Origin: Podarcis vaucheri
Lineage: Eukaryota
DNA: 64,000 bases
Reading direction: 5' to 3' (one strand)
NCBI GenBank assembly: GCA_965113315.1
Contig: OZ220374.1
Position 1 is the stretch's first letter; each line of letters begins with the position of its first letter. The notes below the pieces were generated by a model. That model saw nothing but the letters and a program-made list of their open reading frames with translations, had not been told where the DNA came from and made no database searches. This document shows positions 40,947 through 53,394 of the stretch, piece by piece. The translations under genes and the position numbers were made by a program.

Positions 40947-42489
40947 GGGGCCCTGGAAAGGCAAACATGAGTCTTGTGCAAAACCGTGTGTGTGTGTGTG
41001 TGTGTAAGTAAGTAATGGACAGCAAGCAGTTGAATAGTCTTCTACTGGAGTCGACAGAAGGGGTTTCTTTAAAGCCTACCGTAATTGCAACAGAGTGGGG
41101 CAATTTCAAAGTAGGCCGCAGCTAGCGGGGAAGTGCTTGAAAAAAGTTAGCTACAAAATAAGTCTTCTTTTGAGCATAAATTTCAGTGGGGAAAGGGGTG
41201 GGGTTGTGGGTCCCGTGGGCACCAGATGAGGTCTATATAGGCACAGGCCCACCTGCAAGTGCAGCACTGGTGACCCCAGGTTTATAGGATGGATTTTTGC
41301 ATGTCCAAAGAACTGGTTGTCTGACAGAAGGGGAGAACGGGCAGGGCATATGTGCTCAGCCTGTTTAGGAAGATAAATCTCCTGCATGAACATATTATGG
41401 CCTCAGACCCCAGGGTTGGCGGGAAACCTGGCCCAAAGGGTTTGCTCTTGGTCATGGGCCATTCAAGCACGGCAATAGCCAAGGTGAGGCCAGCAGATGG
41501 CTGCTCCGGCCAAGGAACGTTCAGAAACAAGCACCCAACCCAGATGTGGTGTGGTGGTTAAAGTGTTGGACTAGGCCCTGGGAGACCAGGGTTCAAATCC
41601 TCAGTCCTGAAGCTCACTGGGTGATCTTGGGCCAGTCACTTTCTCTTAGGCCACCCTACCTCACAGAGTTGTTGTGAGGAAAAAATGGAGAGCGGGAAAA
41701 CCATGTGTGCCACCTTTGAAGAAAGGTGGGATGGAATTCTAATGACGTTTTTAAATTTGTGACATAACAGTTTTTGTTTAAAGATGAGGGCTTCATTTTA
41801 GAATGGGAACATTTCTGGTTTAAAAGACAACAACAATAATAATCAGCAGCAACTGGTGCCCTTGATATTGTTCCAAACATTACCCACTTGGCAGACCAAA
41901 GCAGCACCCACACAAATGTTTCCTTGGCTCAGGGTGGATTTTTCAAGATCACTATCTACACGCTTGAAGTGTTCATGGAAATTAAAAAAAAATCCCCTTT
42001 TGATTTCTGTGAGTGGCATTCAGCTCTGTTTTGTTCAGAGTAGACCTGTTGAAATTCATAGACCTAACTTAGTCATGTTCATTCATTTCAGTGGGTTTAG
42101 TTCAGGCATAGGCAAACTCGGCCCTCCAGATGTTTTGGGACTACAATTCCCATTATCCCTGTTTTTGATATGATTCATCATATCCATTCACATGCAACTC
42201 TTAATTCAATGATAATAAAATATTAAACTGAGGGAGGGGGAAAATAAATGGATCCCTGGACTTGAAACCCTGTCTATAAACTCTAGCTTAAGTGAGCTGA
42301 TTTTAGACTCTGGACTTAATGCTCACGTACAGACCCCAACCCCACCCTTTTGATGTGTTTTCCTTCACTTACTGAACTCCAAAACGTGGTGAGTCCTGCT
42401 CTCCTACTGAGTAGGGCTCAGGACTTCTGCCTCACGGTTGTTCCCTGACAGCACCATTGCGTAGAAATGTGGCAACCCAACCTTAGAAG

Positions 42490-42979
42490 CAGAGCTGGAT
42501 TTAGGTTTGATGAGGCCCTAAGCTACTGAAGGTAATGGGGCCCTTTATATGTCCAGTTGTCCTTTGTCAACAAATTGTCGCTGTTTTTTGTGTTGAATAT
42601 ATGCTATATGGTAATTTATGGACCTAATAGGTATCTAAAGCCATTTGCACATAACAAAATATGTATTTTATCAATGTAATTGTTGAAAAGTCCATGCAGA
42701 ATGCAAAGTCCATGCAGAATGTAGGCACCCTATATATAGAAATGAGCAAACCAGTGATATTTTAGGGAGCAGGCTAGCAGGCGGAGCCCATTAGTTACAT
42801 CATAGGAGCCTACACAACACAAAACACTGTTGCTGTATGTAGGCTTTATTTTATTTGTTTTTTAATCTTATATTTTGGAAATGAACATCCAGGTTGTTTT
42901 TCCTTTAATTTTTGGGTGGCTCCCAAGAGAGTGGGGCCTTATGTATAGCTTTTTTAGCTTATACGTAAATCCGGCACTG
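42490..42979. mobile_element. Non-autonomous hAT DNA transposon
   Basis: TIRs CAGAGCTGGATTTA / TAAATCCGGCACTG with an exact 8-bp TSD CTTAGAAG. Confidence 0.9.
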
Positions 42980-44609
42980 CTTAGAAGGACAGCTGGTTTC
43001 ACATCCTTGAGTTCAAGCCTGGGATATGAGAGAAATTCAGTTACCTTTTCACTTAAGTTGCCGACAACACCAGAATGCAGCCATCCTTAGAAACGTTTAC
43101 TTCCCTGAATTTTGCAATGCAGTTCTTCAACCCAAAAATGCGTATATGAAGGGGTGAAGGGCATATATGAAAGAGTTGCTAAAATAGGGAAAATATAAGC
43201 ATTTTCAAAATGGGCTGGGTAAATGTTATTAATGGGAACACCTGCACCCAAAGATACGAATATTAAAATGCTGGCTAATTTTCACGAGTTGCGAACTGCT
43301 GCAGAAACGAGCTGAGCTTAAGAGTGGAAAAACAAGAGACATCAATGAAGCCAAACTGACAGGTCCTCCCTTCCCGAATGAAAACCAATCTGTGTCCCCA
43401 TCGCACACCTTACACCGGCAACCCCGGGGCAGGTGTCTCCAATGTGCGAACTTTAAAGACAAAAGGGAAAAGGGCAAAACGCTGCCTTGGGTGGGGTTCC
43501 CCTCCCCCGCTGCTTTTCATTGTAATCGCTTTGTGTGAGTAGCATCTGGGCAGCTGAGAAAGGGAGAAGAAGGGAGAGCCCCTTAACACTTTCTCTGCTC
43601 CTTCTTTCATTCCACTGTGATGCGTGCTAACTTCATAGGTAAGGGAGCAGGTGTATAAACATGCGCGGGTGGGAAAGGAACAAGGCGGGAGGGAGATTAG
43701 ATTTCAAAGCTTCCTAGCCCGTCCTGGGAAGGAGGCAGGCATGTTTTGCTAGAAACTCCTCGTCTGGCATTATAATGCACCTCCACTCAGCCCGGCATTG
43801 TTGCCAACGGTAGGGATTTTCCCAGCATTTAATCTTTTTAAAAAAAGGCGTAGTTGCAAGGCTCAGAGCTACACTCTTGAATCTGGAAGCTGGTCTCCTC
43901 TCCCCAGATATGCAGAGGTAGACCATGGCTATTCTGACCCATTTTAATTTAGCTAGTGATTTAGCATCCTCATATTCAGCCCTCCAGCTGTTTTGGGACT
44001 ACAACTCCCACCATCCCTAGCTAACAGGACCAGTGGTCAGGGATGATGGGAACTGTAGTCCCAAAACAGCTGGAAGGCCAAGTCTGGGGATGCCTGATTT
44101 AGCCTGTTCCAATGTACCAGTGAGGATAAAAGCAGGAAGGGCTGTGGTTGTGGCAAGAAGAGTTTTGTGGGAAATGACGGCAGCAAGCTCTGAGAATCAG
44201 TAATGTGGCCGCAGCTGGGATTTTCCCAGTATCACCTAGGCACCAAGCATTTAAATACAAAAAGGACAGGCAGGAAATAATCAACCCGAGATATTTAATA
44301 CCTATGTCCAGCGGTGAGGAGACGAGGCTTTCCTTACGCACGTTCCAAGCACTCCCTTCTTAATTATTCCTCTGGCATTCAAGGCAAGTTCCTGGGCTGA
44401 TCCCTACTCAAATTAAACCCTGGATTTTCCCTTGCACTTAGGAATGTATTAGAATCATAATTATAAGTAGTGATCTAGGAGCAGACATGGACCCGAGCCA
44501 GGAGAAGAGGGAGCTTTGCAGAAGCAGCTCCACTTTGGTGCAAGATTAGCAGCAAGGTGAATAAGCTGCAGGCCAAAGTGAAGGCATCTGCTTGCAGCCC
44601 CATTGGCCC

Positions 44610-44964
44610 ATATATACAATATCTTTATTGTCATTGTCCCATGCAGAACAATGAAACTGAAAAACTACATAAAACATTCAAAAACCTCTAAAAACTCTGA
44701 AACCCCATTTTAAAATACACTATACTATAGAGACCCCTTATGCTGTGTTTAGAACCAGAATTGCATTTGCGTAGAAACTGTTTCTCAGGTGGCTAGTCCT
44801 GGCCTTTATAACCCTATACCTTCTTCCAGAAGGCAGAAGCTGAAAGAGATCATTTCCGGGGTCCGTACTATCCTGCAATATCTCTGCTGCTTTCTTATGG
44901 CACCTGACAGCATAGATTTGATCTAAGGTGGGAAGAGTGCACCCAATTATTCTCTGCAGTCTTT
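44610..44964 (-). mobile_element. Rex1/Babar LINE 3' fragment
   Basis: Minus-strand translation ...QRIIGCTLPTLDQIYAVRCHKKAAEILQDSTDPGNDLFQLLPSGRRYRVIKARTSHLRNSFYANAILVLN has the LLPSGRRYR..R..NSF signature. AATAAA near the 3' end. Confidence 0.8.
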
Positions 44965-45561
44965 ACAAGCCTGGACAGCATTGTTTTTCTGCTGACTGTG
45001 CAGCTCCCAAACCACACACACAGACCATAATACACTCTCCACAGTGCAATGGTAAAATGCCATCAACAGGTCCCATCACTCTCGTGCTGCAGAGCAGACG
45101 TCCTCCCAAAGGCTCCTGCACCTGTTATCTTGCACCCCCCCCCCAAAGAAGCAGCACAGTGCATTTGTTGGAGTCGCACAGAGCCTCTGCCCCAGCCACA
45201 AAAGGATGACTGTGCTCTGCTGGAGGGGACTGAATGGCAATACTCTTAGTCAGGGACCATTTTCAGGAAGGAGTAGTGAAGGAGGAGCCAGCCCAATTCT
45301 CTTAGTGAGCTGCCAGAAAGCCCTTTTCGTCACAAACGTCAATCCTTCCCAGGGCCAGCTCCAGGTTTGACAGGAGCCCTGAGCAAAACGACAACAGTGG
45401 GGCCTCCTGCTGCGTCAGTGTGTCGTGGTGCGCTCTGGTTGTGGTGGCAGCTGCTTCGGGCAATGCTGGGCTGGATCTAGATATGTCCAGAAAGTGTTTC
45501 AGGAAATGCGTTGTAAACCTCAAAGTGGGATATATCACGTTGGTGAAAGATGGAACCCCAC

Positions 45562-45577
45562 AGCGCCATCTGGTGTC
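45562..45577 (-). promoter_or_regulatory. CTCF motif (intron 2)
   Basis: Minus strand reads GACACCAGATGGCGCT, one mismatch to the core consensus. Confidence 0.5.
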
Positions 45578-46026
45578 ACGGTGTTACAACGCATATAAAA
45601 TGCTTTATCTTTACTAATGTAGCAGAGTCCCTGGACGGCTGTATCTAACCACCCTTTGGACTTCCCCCAGTGCTCTAGTCTAGAGCACGGGTGGGGCACC
45701 TTTCCTACCAAGTGGTGTGTGGTACCAGAGGCAAAAGTGAGATGAGCAGCCAATGTATCTCTTTCCAGTGCACCATAGGCTGGTTTCTACACAAACTCTC
45801 TCTCACACACACCCCTCTCTTTCCTCCATCCTCACCACCAGGAAACACTACTGAGTTCAGGGACACATTCCAGGCAACCACAAACACTCCAGGAGGGTGG
45901 GAGACAGGGCTGACCAGAGGGAGAGAGTGTGGCTTGACCTCAGGATCCTCCGGTCATCAGCCAGCGTTCTGTGGCCTCTGACGATGCTCGGTCCTCATTT
46001 TTCAAAATATCTATTTTATTGATTTA

Positions 46027-46257
46027 CAGTGGTACCTCGGGTTCCATACGCTTCAGGTTACAGACGCTTCAGATTACAGACTCCACTAACCCAGAAATAG
46101 TACCTCGGGTTAAGAACTTTGCTTCATGATTAGAACAGAAATCACGCGGCGGCAGCGGGTGGCCCCATTAGCTAAAGTGGTGCTTCAGGTTAAGAACAGT
46201 TTCAGTTTAAGAACGGACCTCCAGAACAATTTAAGTTCTTAACCCGAGGTACCACTG
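46027..46257. mobile_element. Tc1/mariner MITE
   Basis: TA|CAGTGGTACCTCGGGTT...AACCCGAGGTACCACTG|TA. Confidence 0.9.
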
Positions 46258-47851
46258 TATCAGAAACATAGAATTGTTGGGGGGGGGTTAGACTCCCCCA
46301 CTTTTTAGGGTTCTTTCCCTACAGAATTTATGTACTCCTGCAAATATTGGGTACCCCTCACCCCCCAAGCCTGCTGATATTGCCCACTTGCGCTTGGAAA
46401 GTTCCATTTTCGGTTTGTAAGAATTGGCTCTCACAGCCTGAGCATCAGAAACTCTTGTTTCTGACTTCGAGGGACAGAAAAGCTTGTAGCCAGGCTATCT
46501 TGTAGGAAATATATTCAGCTGTGCTTTGTCGCCATCTTGTTGAGTAATATATTTTTGTTTTAATGCTGTTGTTGTGCTTTATTGGAATATTTGTACCCTG
46601 TCTTGGGAAACTTTGCGTTGAAGGGCAGTTTAACAACAACAACAACATTACTACTATTATTCTCATCGCCATCTTACTATTAGAGAAGCCACAGTAGAAT
46701 TAGTTCTGATGCGTCCAATGTTTATTTTAAATTGAGCCAAATTTGAGAGGGAACTATTGACTTTCGCGCACACTGTATCAGAACAATTGGCTAGAGAGTT
46801 ACAAAAGCCTGTGTCTCTCAGATCCCTCTTCCTTGTAAATTCCACTGCAGGAATGGGGCTTGAGGGCCACACTTATTCCTGGGCAATTTTTCTGGGGCAA
46901 CTTGCCAGTGGTGGTCAGAGCAGAGTTAAAAGTCAATGAATGTGAATTTTGCCTTTGTTTGGTAGGCTAGTTTCTACACAAGCCCTCTATCCTCAAGCCA
47001 TTCAAGCAAAAAGCATTAATGGGGATCAAGGACTCTTTCCAGCCAGGCAAAAACAACCAGGCCGAGTGCAAAGCAGCACCAGTGAGGTGTATGGCCCAGG
47101 GCCAGCCCTGATGGCTAGAGGGCTGCATCTGATCTCCAGTGACCAAGTTTCGCCATGCTTTACAACATAATGCAATAAGTTCTGCCGCCACACGGTACAC
47201 CTCCCACCCCATTCCAGCATGATTGGCTGGCTGGGGTAGGGAAACACACAGGCAGGATGACATCACGTTGCACCATGTGATGTCATAGAAATTGTGTGAA
47301 AGGGGGAGCTAGAGAGATACGGGGGGTGGCAGTTTAGTATCCCTGATAACTCCGAGTTTCACTTGTGTTGTTGCTAGATATTGCTTCTTGTTGTCAGGCT
47401 TCCAGGAATTGGTTTCCTCCCCCATGGCACTCAGAATGGTGGTTCTCCCGATTAAGGATCCCACCCCCTTCTGTCCTTATTAATTTACGTCACTCCTACA
47501 TCTTGTAATCTGAGCTTGATAACCCTCTGTACCTTCTGTTCTGCCACTTTCTGAGCTCTCTGTGACTTTGGAGAAGGGGTGTGTGAATGCTGCCCAGAGA
47601 CTGTGAATCTGTTAACCCTCTCTCTCCCAGTATTTCGTCTCCTAGCTGTTCCCCATCCAGTATTTCCCAGCTTCTGCCTTCTGAACTATGTCCCTCTGCA
47701 AACCACTGTTCCAAATCTATACTGTCCTCCTGCTCCTGGTAAGATTCAGGATTGGGATTTCAACAGGTCCCTGACAGTTGTCCCGATTTGTTCTGTTTCT
47801 CGTTGGTGCCCTCACTCTCTTCTAACACTCCTTCCCTTCTCCCACCTCCAG

Positions 47852-48555
47852 AGAACTCAGTGGCGGCCAAATCGGGCGGTTGCTTCCCTGGATCGGCTTG
47901 GGTGAACCTGGAGCAAGGAGGCACCAAGCTGGTGAAGGACCTCCACCCTGGAGACCGGGTCCTGGCAGCTGACGTGCAAGGGCAGCTGCTCTACAGCGAG
48001 TTCCTCGCCTTCCTGGACCAGGAGGAGCCTCCCGTCCGCAAGCTTTTCTACGTGATCGAGACCCAACGGCCCCGGGCGCGCCTCTTGCTCACGGCGGCTC
48101 ACCTGCTTTTCGTGGCCCCACCACAGAACCACTCCAAGCCCCAGCCTGTTTTCGCCAGCCGCGTTCAGCCGGGTCAACGCGTCTACGTGCTGGGCAAAGG
48201 GAGCCAGACACTGTTGCAGGCCGAGGTGCGCAGCGTGTCCCTGCGGGAAGAGGCTTTGGGTGCCTACGCCCCGCTCACTGCTCAGGGCACTATCCTCATC
48301 AATCAGGTGCTGGCGTCGTGCTATGCGGTCATTGAGGAGCATAGCTGGGCCCACTGGGCGTTTGCCCCTTTCCGAGTCACTCACGCTCTCCTGGCAATGC
48401 TGTACCCCAGCGGCCTCTCCTCCCCAGTCCTTTTCCCAGCCGCTGCCCTGGACGACGCCCCAGCAGGAGTCCACTGGTATTCCCGCCTCCTCTACCACAT
48501 TGGCCGCTGGGTATTGGATTCTGAGATGATACACCCACTGGGCATGGCCAGCTGA
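47852..48555 (+). CDS. SHH: Sonic hedgehog exon 3 (autoprocessing Hint/Hog domain and sterol-recognition region)
   Basis: Acceptor ctccag|AGAAC completes the phase-1 GAG codon. [10 protein letters not shown]|CFPG cleavage site, FLD aspartate, LTAAH catalytic motif, NHS sequon, SCYA and the terminal HPLGMAS* are all present; TGA at 48553-48555. Spliced CDS 303+262+704=1269 nt, in frame. Confidence 0.98.
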
Positions 48556-49775
48556 GGGGGACGGATCTCCACACCCCACCTTGACCTGTCATAAGAACAG
48601 AGAATCACCTTATGTAAACTTCTTGGTGTTGTGAGCCACTCTGAGCATGGTTTACCATGGGAAAGCGGCCTGCAAGTGAACAATGACGATGATGAAAATA
48701 GTACAAAGGGCGGGGAGGGGAGAAAACTAAGATGAAGAAGGAAAGAAAGAGAATGAAAGACTTTAAAACAATAATAATAATAGTAGGACAGTCCAAAGTA
48801 GACTTTAAGGAGCAGGAAGAGCCCAGGAATACCCCCCCCCCAGTTTAGTTGAGAAATATATATATTTTTTATTTGATTTCTATTTTGTTGTCTGTTTGAT
48901 TGTTTCGTTGTCCTCATCTCCTGGATATTTATTTGTTTGGTATTTTGAAATAGATGTTTTAAAGGATATGAACCCGACCTTCAAGAGCCTTAAATAGTTT
49001 CTTTGATAATTTATTATCATGTGAACTGTACACTCAACGGGGAGAAGAAAATTATTTTGCAAGGCCAAGCAAAAGTGCACAGAGTTCTATTTTTCTATGT
49101 GTGACACACGTCCAGACTTTCCAAAAGTAAAACTTCTGTCCCTCCCATCTGTACGTTGCTTTGCTCTTCTACAACAGCGAGTCCTGGAACAAACGAAAGA
49201 CATACTACTCCATAGACAGGGGGGGAGGGGGTCCGTAAATTATATTTTTATACACAGAATTGTAAATTCAATTTTTTTTTAGAGAGAGAGAGATCAATAC
49301 TTAACAGTCACATTTCATTTTTTTTGAAATAGTGTAAAATATAAGAATATATTATTTTAATTTAAATAGTATCAAATGTAATGTCAGCTTCTGTATTGTT
49401 TCTAATTGTCTTTGGAAATATTTTGCTTTGTATAAAAGATAAGAGCCACCCCTTTTCAACCACACTCTTGGAACGCAAGACTGTTACACACACCTTGATT
49501 CATCTGCAAAACTCTGGGGAGGTGGGGGAGAAACTCTCTTATTTTTACCTTCAAAATCAAGAAGAAGAAATTTATGAGAAAATATTTTTTAAAAAGCGCA
49601 CATGTTGGCTATTATGTGACAATGGAGAATAGTTTGTACAGAGGAGGGGGGCAAAGGATGTTTTGCATTAATAAACTGATAAATAACCGCTGTCAATTTA
49701 CTAAAATGTATTTTTGAATATTTTGTAATAGTTTTAATAGTTTTATAGAAATAAAATGTGCCATGCACAGTCTGG
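48556..49775 (+). other. SHH 3' UTR with poly(A) signals
   Basis: AU-rich, with blocks resembling vertebrate Shh 3' UTRs (GACCTTCAAGAGCCTTAA, ATTATATTTTTATACACAGAATTGTAAAT, TTTTGTAATAGTTTTAATAG). AATAAA at 49670 and 49750, followed by a T-rich downstream element. Confidence 0.8.
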
Positions 49776-51563
49776 TTAGTATATAATAACAAAGGATTCC
49801 TGGTGCATCACATTGTTTTTTTCTTTTTAAACTGTTGTTGAGGTGTTGAGGTAGGAAAATGTGAATATCTGACATCACCATTCCAAGGGCTGCTGATTGG
49901 CCAAAGCTCTCTTGCTATTACTTAGTCACCTTCTCAAATAACGTAGTCACCTTTGAACACTCCCGTGGCCATTTTCAGAGCTGTGCTAAAATCTCTGATC
50001 TTTAGGTAACTGAGGATGGATGAATCACTCAATTTCAGTTTCTCTAAATTTCTGCAGCCATCTGCATTTATTTTTTTAAAAAATAATAATAATTAAAAAG
50101 TCTTCATGAAGATTCATCAGTATTTTAGCGCACATTTATTCCAATGTACACATTTTTATATGTGATTTTGACTAACATACACATCTCTGCAAGCCATTTC
50201 CTCTAGCACAATACTCTTTTTCTATATTATGCTCACTAATGTATTCCTTTGCACACACACTTTTTATTCAAATATACACATTTTTGCACACATTGACTGG
50301 TTGGAGAACTGATTGGGAGATGTGTGAATTTCAAAGAATTGTGTTTTGGTTGCTATCAAGATGCAGATATTGCCCTAGACTAGGGGTCTTCCATATTCTG
50401 CTGGACTCCAACTTCCATCATCCTTGGTCATTGGCTATGCTGGCTGGGGCTGATGGAAGCTGGAATCCAACATTCCCCAGCCACTCTGGGCAGCTTCCAA
50501 CAAAATATTAAAATACAGTAGTCCATCAAACATTAAAAGCTTCCCTAAACAGGGCTGCCTTCAGATGGCCAATGATTCCCCTAAGGTCCCTAAATCTTAT
50601 GGGGACCAAGAAGGAGTTTGCCATGTGGTTTGTCAGAAGCCACATGCTTAACGTACTGTGGTGTTTGAACCCGAGTTCATTCTATGGAGGAGGGTTTTTG
50701 GATTATCCTCAGTTCACACTGAAGAGGACCTTTGGACCTCAGTTCAATAACAGGCCATAGACTGGTATATCTCTTTTCCTCTCTGACTAAGACTGTGTGT
50801 GCTATTACACACATGGCTTTTGAGTCTGCCAGTAATTTCAGGGTTGTAAACCCACCTTCAAGTGGGGAACTGAGAACTCTCTCCAAACTAAGTGATGGCC
50901 TTTAGGCCTGTTAAAATCATTCTCCCTTCACCTGGTGATGTGTCAATATCATCAAGGTTGTAAAGTCTTTGTTGATGGAATGTTAATACATCTGAGGTTA
51001 TAAACTTAGTTTAGATTATGTACATTTTGGGGTGTGCGCTCTCTCTCTCTTTCTCTGTAAGTGATTGATAATTCCCTCCCTAATGTCTTTGCAAATAAGC
51101 ACCTTAGAGGTTTTTCGTTATCAGCTATACTGGTGGTATAATCTTCCTGAATCCACTTTCCAAACTTTGAAGAATTAAGCTATTTCAAGAAGAACCATAT
51201 TGACCATAAGAGATTGACTTGCAGACCATACTATGGACAAGCAAGAGACTTACATTTAACCTTGAAGATCACATTTCCTCCTGGGCTAGAGGCAACCACT
51301 AGAGCTGGAATGGGGAACATCTGACCCTCTAGGTGTTGTTCCCACTAGCTTCAGTCAGCATGGCCAATGGTCGGGGATGATGGAGTTGGAGTCCAGCCAC
51401 ATCTGGAGAGCTGTAGTTTCTCCAACATTGATTTAGAAGCTGTGTATATACTTTGCACTAATGGAAGTCATCCACACTCCTGCGTAATCTACTGTATGAG
51501 TAAGTAGGTCACTGATCCTTTGTGATCTTCACTCTTCATTTCATATATGATTTGCATCCCACC

Positions 51564-51830
51564 TGAAATATACTCAGAGTCGAGTGTGAATGTCATACTC
51601 TTTATTCAGCTCATAGTAGCAATGAATGAAACTTTCCCCAAAATGTCTAGCTATATATACATTATTTACACAATCAGCCCCATGTGATTGGTTTATTCCA
51701 AGCTGCTCCTGCAGGCCAATCAGGTTGCTGATTCACTTCCACCTGGAGCTGGATTGGGTGGCTCCTGCAGACCAGTCAGACTGCTGCAGTCTGGATCCTA
51801 TTGTTCTAGGATTCAGCTCAGTACATAACA
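51564..51830 (-). mobile_element. Solo LTR
   Basis: TG...CA ends with imperfect terminal inverted repeats and a 5-bp TSD CCACC (51559, 51831). Several CCAAT boxes, with TATATA and AATAAA in order on the minus strand. Confidence 0.85.
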
Positions 51831-52710
51831 CCACCCCTCTCCCAAGACATTTCAAGGGTGCTCCAACCATGGCTACAAATCCTGGAATCCATGAGCGAGA
51901 AGGGGAGAAAAACCTACATGAGTACTCCTGCGTTTATGCACCAGAACTACTCCAAACTGCAAAGCACAGGAAGGAGCACTAAACGTTCACTTTGCACACT
52001 ACAAGATGTAGTGTGGAAATAAAAACAAAACACCCCCAATATCTAGCACCCATCGTAGCAAAGTGACATTTGTGGAATTCTTTCCAGATATCTTCACAAC
52101 AACTCTAGGATGTCAGTTAGTAATTACAAGCAGTGCGTAGAGGTTTGAATTAATTTAAGCGCTCATGCCAGCACACACAGGGCTTATCCCATTGTTATCC
52201 TCCCAGCATCCTTGTGTGGCAGGCAGGGCCAAAAAGAAGCAGAGGTCACAGTGTGTTGGGAATTTAAACCAGGCCCCCTTGGTTTTAGGCCGCCATTTTA
52301 ACCACAGCACTGCACTGGCACTCAGACAAAGTGTACGGAAAGAGTACACCAAGAACAGGCTCCCAAAACAACTAGGCTACAAAAACATCTCTCCTTCCGC
52401 TAACTCCACCTGCCGAGCCGCTTTTACAAGATTGCTTGTAAATGTGCATGGAAAGCTTTCCCCTTCTATCAGCTAGCAATACTCACAATCTGTAAAGCAT
52501 GTTAATGGTCAAATCATAATCTGAGTCCCTCTTCTGCATAACTGCCCAGTAAGCAAGCGATGCTCGCTAGCGGAAGTAGTGGTGTGTGTTGGGGGTGTAA
52601 CTGCACGAGGAGGCGTGATTTGCCTAAGTCTTAAGACACCCTAGTGAAGGAGTGGGGGATCTTTTGAAGCACAAAGGTCAGCTTCTCTTCTGGGCAACTT
52701 TCCAGGTGTT

Positions 52711-53055
52711 AAAGGTAAAGGGACCCCTGACCATTAGGTCCAGTCATGACCGACTCTGAGGTTGCGGCGCTCATCTCGCTTTATTGGCCAAGGGAGCCAG
52801 CGTACAGCTTCCGGGTCATGTGGCCAGCATGACTAAGCCGCTTCTGGTGAACCACAGCAGCTCATGGAAACGCCATTTAGCTTCCCGCCAGAGCGGTACC
52901 TATTTATCTACTTGCACTGGCATGCTTTCGAACTGCTAGGTTGGCAGGAGCAGGGACCAGGCAACGGGAGCTCACCCCGTTGCGGGGATTTGAACCACCG
53001 ACCTTCTGATCGGCAAGTCCTAGGCTCTGTGGTTTAACCCACAGTGCCACCCGCA
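52711..53055 (-). mobile_element. Sauria SINE
   Basis: Reverse complement of the same SINE (AAAGGTAAAGGGACCCCTGACCATTAGG...GCCACCCGC). Confidence 0.93.
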
Positions 53056-53148
53056 TGTTGGAGGGGGCCAAATGCAAAAGTGGGCAGAACAATAAATGTA
53101 CATCTTACCTTTGAACAGTGCACCCTCCCCTCTTAACAGGAGTGAATA

Positions 53149-53285
53149 ATAGAATTGTAGAGCTGGAAAGGACCACGAGGATCATCTAGTCCAACCCCTT
53201 GCAATACAGGGATCTTTTCCCCAATGTGGGGCTCGAACCCACAACCCTGAGATCAAGAGTCTCATGCTCTACCAACTGAGCTATC
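53149..53285 (-). mobile_element. tRNA-Lys(CTT)-derived SINE with CR1-like tail
   Basis: Minus strand GATAGCTCAGTTGGTAGAGCATGAGACTCTTGATCTCAGGGTTGTGGGTTCGAGCCCCACATTGGG, followed by a CR1-type GGGTTGGACTAGATGATC..CTACAATTCTAT end. The acceptor stem is broken, so this is not a tRNA gene. Confidence 0.8.
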
Positions 53286-53394
53286 TTGAAGTTAGCTACA
53301 CACACTCCTCTGTGGCTACAATCTGGGCATGCCTAAGTATTATTAGAGTTCAATGGGACATTCCAGCCAGGCAAAAGACAGTCATAATAGCCTA

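Noticed and set aside
47752-47851. N-terminal part of the 267-aa ORF
   Set aside because: Intronic polypyrimidine tract that happens to be open; the exon starts at 47852.
47857-48579. 240-aa minus-strand ORF
   Set aside because: Antisense shadow coinciding with exon 3.
53215-53285. tRNA-Lys gene
   Set aside because: The acceptor stem is incomplete, there is no T-run terminator, and it is fused to a CR1-like tail, so it is a SINE head.
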